A stretch of DNA of 64,000 bases from a virus: the IMG/VR virus record IMGVR_UViG_3300009149_007629, positions 5,178 to 69,177 of that record; one strand, given 5' to 3'. The position numbers and the translations under genes are program-made. The number at the start of each line of letters is the position of its first letter. Position 1 is the stretch's first letter. The notes beneath the pieces are model-generated. The model did not search any database, was not told the DNA's origin, and saw nothing but the letters and a program-made list of their open reading frames with translations. Of the stretch, positions 59,203 to 64,000 are shown piece by piece.

Positions 59203-61565
59203 TAGGGAGCTCCCTTTATATTTATTATTGCATTAGAATCTTCTACTGTTGATCTTACCTTATTTAAACCAGTATCCGGAGCTATATAAAGATTAGTATT
59301 ATTCTCCGGGTTAGGATCTACCTTACCCAATTCTTTTTCTTCTCTCTTTACATCAGTATCTACAGTATGCTTATCTACCTTAGCTTCCTTAGGCTCATTG
59401 ACATCACCACTACCTGTAGATTCTACGTTATTTATGCTTGTACCCGAGATCTCTCCAGACCCTGGATCATTTATATCTTCATTTCCGTTTATTTGAAGAA
59501 CTTCATTTACCTGAACATTAACAGAGTTTACTACATTTGTAGTATCCACCAACTCCGAGGTCCTCATAAGTTTTAAATTTGCACCATAAGGAAAAGATCC
59601 TATATGCCTATACCCTTTAATATCAGAAAAAGGTGCCGTTTCATCTGTTACCATTACCAGCTCATTTGAAAGTACGGCAGCAGTAGTGCCTGCATTGGTT
59701 ATCTCCTGAGCCTTAGTACTTGAAGACCTAGCTTTACTTAATTCATATAAACCTGTAGACTTAGGGCCTGCTAAAAAGCCACTCTGCCTTAGAAGTTCAT
59801 CCTTTTGTATAAGATTTACTAACTCAGCTGAGCTCCCTATATTCTGACCTGGATCTAATGAAGGATCAGTTTCAAATCTTTTAGTAAGTTCCTTGATCTT
59901 TATATCAACATCATCGTACTCTGTATTTACTATCGCACTATTTCTAAATCTCTGGACGTAACCCTTAAGCACACTACCTGGGACTTTTGTTATAGTACCA
60001 TCATCGAATATTTTGTCTCTTCTAAACTCTAAAGTAAGATCCGTAGTAGCTGAGCTGCCAAAGGTCAAATTATGAGTTATACCTGCCACATAATAAAAAG
60101 CATCTATATGCCTTACATACACAGGATACCCCAACCTAAGCTCTGGACGTAAAGGTATAGAGAGGCTACCAGTAAGCGCTGCCCCGTTTATTCTCGCCAT
60201 CTCTGCGACAGCAAGAAGGCGTAGAGTCTTTGCATCATTACCATATCGCATAGCTACCTGTTGGTACCGTATACCATACCTCTTCATGGAGTCATAGTCC
60301 ATGTGATACCCGATAACTTCTTGGCCGGTCTCATATCTAAGTGGAGAAGTAACTTCTAAATAGTTGACGATATTCTCCGAATTAGTTGAAGCCGTAAAAT
60401 TTATAATATCTTTTTGGTCTATCCTGTAACTAAGAAGACTCTCGCTAGAAACATCTAGGTTATAAAAAGGAGGTTTAAATACAAATGAGCCATTAGTATC
60501 TAAAAAGAACTCCATGTGTGTCTGTTCACAAACCTCATTTACTATCTCTAATTTACTATGTACAAGAGGTTCAGATCCGTCTCCATATAGATCAAAGGCA
60601 CCATACGGCTGCACTCTTGCTAGAATATTAAAATCAAGATTAAGTCGAGCTTTTATATTTGATGCTCTATCTTTACGAGCAGTAGAATCAAATTTTAATA
60701 CGGCATCTTCAATAGAGTCTACATTTATAGGCCCTCTTAGCCCGTACATTTCCAGAGGCACTCTATTTGGATCCTTTGGATTAGCAGAATCAAATCCAAA
60801 TCTTTTATTCCAGTAGGTGATGGTATCTCGTGCTAGGGCCCCAAAAGTTTCATCCGCATTTACATTCCCAAAATCGGGAGAAAATCCATCTTTAGAAAAT
60901 TTAGCATATATAAAATTATAAAAACCCTCTCCGGTACCCTTCTGTGCAAAATAAGAATCCATGAATAAGGAGTATACTACTTCCCAAGGATTCATGTTTT
61001 CAAATACAGTAGCAAATTTATTAGCAGTAGGTGCTCCTTGAACAGCCTGTAAAGATGCTGGGCGTAGCGTTATCTTTTGATGCTTCCACCAGGATAAAAG
61101 ATCTCCACAAGATAAAGAAAAAGTATTAACGCCACTAGAATAGGTTTCAGTAACATCTAGTATAAGCCCCCAGAATGCAGGATAATATTGGGGCTTGTAG
61201 TTATTCTCCGCCCTTAAAAACTGACCTTTTAGATACACCTTTACTTCCATCATAGGTATGAAATAAGGTATCCGAGCCCCATTAGGAAGAGTTACGTAAT
61301 AATCTTCATGGAGACCCTTGTACTGTGGAGCTATGATCTCTATAGTTGCTTTACTAGCACCACTAGGATTTAGTGCTGCGTTAATAGAAACAGAGGTTAC
61401 TCCACCTCTGATCTCCATATCCTGTGTGCCACTAATATTTATAGGGGATACTACACGAGCACCTAAAGACCCGTTTATAACAATAAAGCCGTCAGGAGCA
61501 TATTTTAGCACATTCCTGTTTCTGAACTCATTTACTGTAAATAACCCGGATCTTACTTCAGCCAT
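59202..61565 (-). CDS. baseplate hub protein (gp27/gp44-like)
   Basis: FWGLI, LSCGD, EFFLDTNGSFVFKPP, RPELRLGYPV and YYVAGITH; directly upstream of the spike. Confidence 0.8.
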   Translation of the reverse strand: MAEVRSGLFTVNEFRNRNVLKYAPDGFIVINGSLGARVVSPINISGTQDMEIRGGVTSVSINAALNPSGASKATIEIIAPQYKGLHEDYYVTLPNGARIPYFIPMMEVKVYLKGQFLRAENNYKPQYYPAFWGLILDVTETYSSGVNTFSLSCGDLLSWWKHQKITLRPASLQAVQGAPTANKFATVFENMNPWEVVYSLFMDSYFAQKGTGEGFYNFIYAKFSKDGFSPDFGNVNADETFGALARDTITYWNKRFGFDSANPKDPNRVPLEMYGLRGPINVDSIEDAVLKFDSTARKDRASNIKARLNLDFNILARVQPYGAFDLYGDGSEPLVHSKLEIVNEVCEQTHMEFFLDTNGSFVFKPPFYNLDVSSESLLSYRIDQKDIINFTASTNSENIVNYLEVTSPLRYETGQEVIGYHMDYDSMKRYGIRYQQVAMRYGNDAKTLRLLAVAEMARINGAALTGSLSIPLRPELRLGYPVYVRHIDAFYYVAGITHNLTFGSSATTDLTLEFRRDKIFDDGTITKVPGSVLKGYVQRFRNSAIVNTEYDDVDIKIKELTKRFETDPSLDPGQNIGSSAELVNLIQKDELLRQSGFLAGPKSTGLYELSKARSSSTKAQEITNAGTTAAVLSNELVMVTDETAPFSDIKGYRHIGSFPYGANLKLMRTSELVDTTNVVNSVNVQVNEVLQINGNEDINDPGSGEISGTSINNVESTGSGDVNEPKEAKVDKHTVDTDVKREEKELGKVDPNPENNTNLYIAPDTGLNKVRSTVEDSNAIINIKGAP

Positions 61566-61568
61566 CTA

Positions 61569-63011
61569 TTACACGCCTTTTTTATTACCATGTTTGTATT
61601 CTGTCTTCTGATAATCAGTATTACCAGCTTCTTTTAATCTATTTACCCCCGTATTAAAAACAGTAGTAGCATCTATCCTTTCTGCATCCTTGTATTGCAC
61701 GTTATTTAAAGAAGCCCCATCAAATGCCCTTACTTCAAAATCACAATGAGGGGGGTACTTACCATTATCTGTACCTTCCGACCCTAATAAATCTCCTGGC
61801 CGGATCTCGGTACCCACAGGCAAACTAGTCATTGACTCAGAATCTATATGATAATACCTTACATATGCGTCCCGTACTTTCCCGTTATCAACTACCTTAG
61901 ACTTTACTACTATGAAATTCCAAGCCTTTTGAAAGATTACACCCTCAGTTAATGATCTTATTTCTCCCGAAGATGTCCGGTAATCTATCTTACCATCATG
62001 TCCCTCTCCGTCTAAGCCCCCTCGAGCTACTCTTATTGTATCAGGAGGCACAGGGCTAACTTTCGCCCTACCTTCCGGAGTATCCCAGTATCCCGAGGAG
62101 TTTGGAACGGGATTATAGTAATCCTGCTCGTCATATAACTCAAACTCCTCATAATTATAAGACATCTGACTATACTGTATCTTAGGATCTATCTTATAAT
62201 GCTTGTTTAACTCCTCTTCACTCATCCTTACAGTTTTTATAAAAGAGGTATCCTGACCTTGTATCGATATTTCTACACTAGGGTTTAGGTCATTATCCCC
62301 CTGACGCAAATGCCCATCTATCTTATCCCCTCTAAGTCCTGACACAATAAATTCAAAGTTATAGTCGATATTGTAGGGCTTATCCCCCGTGTCATTTACT
62401 GTAAAGGTACTAAAAGATCCTATGTATTCAGAATCATCATAAGAGATCTTTATGCTATCCATTACTGTAATAACACGGCTTGTACCATCTCTATAGTATG
62501 TCTGATCTGCAGGTGTGTTAAGAAAGTAATTCCCATTATTTTTATACATAGAAATTAGTGTAAGCAAATTTATAAATGGCAGTGTATCCCGCCTTTTACT
62601 ATTTACTAAACCTTCATGTTTTTCTGAAAAGATCCCATTAGTTATCTGAGCAACGTTACTATCATAATAAAAACCTGATGTTTTTCCGTTCCCGGTTATA
62701 GTGGACTGCTGCCTGCCCCATAATGTTGGGAGCCATCCTTTTCTGGTATATGCAGAATTAGAAACAAATACCTGACCGATAGATATATCCGTAGGGTTAA
62801 CCATTAGAGTAAGTGTTACTTCCTCTATATCCTTCTCTTTATTATAAATAGACACTTCAAAAGGCTTATACCCATCTGGGTTATTTATAGCCGTAACATA
62901 GGATGAGGAGCTTAATGGATAATAGGTATTATTTGAAAGGTGAAATCCTCCACCTACTCTAGGTACCATATCCCGAAAAGCTGAAGTTGTAGGATTTGAA
63001 TTAAGTGCCAT
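61569..63011 (-). CDS. tail-tube initiator-like domain fused to an M23 peptidase-like domain
   Basis: LMVNPTDISI...YIGSFSTF...YNFEF N-terminal domain; GHDGKID, RYYHID, GDLLG and PHCDFEV. Confidence 0.7.
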   Translation of the reverse strand: MALNSNPTTSAFRDMVPRVGGGFHLSNNTYYPLSSSSYVTAINNPDGYKPFEVSIYNKEKDIEEVTLTLMVNPTDISIGQVFVSNSAYTRKGWLPTLWGRQQSTITGNGKTSGFYYDSNVAQITNGIFSEKHEGLVNSKRRDTLPFINLLTLISMYKNNGNYFLNTPADQTYYRDGTSRVITVMDSIKISYDDSEYIGSFSTFTVNDTGDKPYNIDYNFEFIVSGLRGDKIDGHLRQGDNDLNPSVEISIQGQDTSFIKTVRMSEEELNKHYKIDPKIQYSQMSYNYEEFELYDEQDYYNPVPNSSGYWDTPEGRAKVSPVPPDTIRVARGGLDGEGHDGKIDYRTSSGEIRSLTEGVIFQKAWNFIVVKSKVVDNGKVRDAYVRYYHIDSESMTSLPVGTEIRPGDLLGSEGTDNGKYPPHCDFEVRAFDGASLNNVQYKDAERIDATTVFNTGVNRLKEAGNTDYQKTEYKHGNKKGV

Positions 63012-63012
63012 T

Positions 63013-64000
63013 CTATAACCTCAAAGTAGCCGAAGGGCCTTGGTGATATTTCGTCTTCTCTGCTTTAAAAACAGAATTATAGGTCATCCTAAAAGGAGAC
63101 CCCTCTTCTTCTACAATATCAAAATTTTCAAAATATCCTAAAACTGAGACATAATCAAACTGCATGTTAATGTACAGTCTCTCTTTGGCAAGTCCCTCGC
63201 GGGGATGCCTTAATATAAAGTTAGAATAATCAGGATCATTTAAGTAAATATCAGTAGGACTTGTATATCCTGCAAGATCTACCCCAGACCCTTCATATGT
63301 TTTATTGTCCTGGTAGATCATCCCATTTACTTGAAATATCTTAGAGAGCTCCCTTAGCATCTCATAACTTTTAGTACCATTACGATATTTTAATGTTAAG
63401 CCGACTTCTGGTATACCCTCTGTTTGATGCGCAAAAAATGAGTAGGTACTTCCTGAGAAAGTGATATTATCAATTTCATCCCCCCAATGTTCCTCTACCC
63501 ACCTTGTCATAGTATTATATCTATTTATGATCTTTGATGAATTTATTGTAAAAGTTTCAGGATTAGGGGTTAATTTTACAGAGGTTAGTATGGTATTACC
63601 TGCTATGCCTATACCGTACGATTTAAAGTCTCTATCTACCATCTGTATTAAAAAAGGGATTTCACCTTTTATTCTTTTTGTATAACTAGGACGGATCTCA
63701 CGCTCTTTTGTAAGCCCCAGGCTTTTATTTGACAACTTTATCATATCAGAGGTGCTGGGGTTTGAGAATATTGAAAACCCTGATGTGATAGGGCTTGAGG
63801 GGTCCTGAGAATTCGTAGGAGGCTTAAGTATTGATGCCATCTTAAAATTATTAGCGTAATAGTTGAAAGTCTCTTCGTATATAGAGTCATAATAAACTTG
63901 ACCATAATCTTTAACGAGGGCATCTCTCTGACTCTCAAGACTAGATAAAGCATCTACTTGTTCTTGGGCTAAATCCAGTTCTATCCTTTGCGCTATTACA
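63013..64000 (-). CDS. tail-tube initiator-like protein, probably 5'-truncated by the window edge
   Basis: LTPNPETF...EHWGDE...GYFENF...PFRMTY; the frame upstream of the ATG at 63840 is open to the window end (VIAQRIELDLAQEQVDAL...). Confidence 0.7.
   Translation of the reverse strand, partial: VIAQRIELDLAQEQVDALSSLESQRDALVKDYGQVYYDSIYEETFNYYANNFKMASILKPPTNSQDPSSPITSGFSIFSNPSTSDMIKLSNKSLGLTKEREIRPSYTKRIKGEIPFLIQMVDRDFKSYGIGIAGNTILTSVKLTPNPETFTINSSKIINRYNTMTRWVEEHWGDEIDNITFSGSTYSFFAHQTEGIPEVGLTLKYRNGTKSYEMLRELSKIFQVNGMIYQDNKTYEGSGVDLAGYTSPTDIYLNDPDYSNFILRHPREGLAKERLYINMQFDYVSVLGYFENFDIVEEEGSPFRMTYNSVFKAEKTKYHQGPSATLRL

Noticed and set aside
61565-61571. Possible readthrough between 61569..63011 and 59202..61565 (same frame)
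   Set aside because: They are separated by a double stop (TAA TAG) followed directly by ATG, which is a normal gene boundary.
373-63685. All plus-strand ORFs in the track (e.g. 56730..57227, 4772..5155, 5562..5888)
   Set aside because: They are short antisense shadows of long minus-strand genes with no recognisable motifs.
10796-63953. Alternative-frame minus-strand ORFs 10796..11005, 26264..26485 and 63741..63953
   Set aside because: They are nested in better-supported genes and lack protein-like motifs.
1-64000. Genome-wide stop-codon reassignment (TGA or TAG)
   Set aside because: TGA ends genes in ATGA overlaps (26217, 42978), TAG ends several replication genes right before the next gene, and multi-kb ORFs are intact under the standard code.
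1-64000. CRISPR array, tRNA, rRNA, integrase or transposase
   Set aside because: No spaced repeats or such genes were recognised, and the intergenic gaps are too short or too AT-rich.

Overview
This is an AT-rich, very gene-dense segment of a large contractile-tailed (myovirus-like, probably jumbo) bacteriophage, with every credible gene on the minus strand. In transcription order (64000 to 1) there are two modules. (1) About 54 kb of tail/baseplate/adhesin genes: two tube-initiator-like paralogs (one with an M23-like domain), a hub, a gp5/VgrG-like spike, a 3184-aa structural protein, gp25-like and baseplate J-like wedge proteins, two paralogous large fibre-like proteins, and a cluster of PKD, beta-propeller, LamG and collagen proteins. 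(2) After an AT-rich spacer with a terminator-like hairpin, a replication operon: an intein-containing SNF2 helicase, an apparently ATPase-dead DnaC-like loader, DnaB, a stand-alone CHC2 zinc-finger protein, a family A DNA polymerase, a sigma factor and a DUF932-like protein. Two observations stand out. (a) In the adhesin cluster, domain and gene boundaries are out of register: three PKD domains lack their last strand, two unannotated micro-ORFs end in that strand, and a LamG domain is split over two genes, suggesting assembly by in-trans complementation. (b) Three single in-frame stops (TGA, TAA, TAG) interrupt otherwise continuous late-gene reading frames. No tRNA, rRNA, CRISPR array or reverse transcriptase was recognised. 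All family calls are by-eye motif recognition, not database searches.
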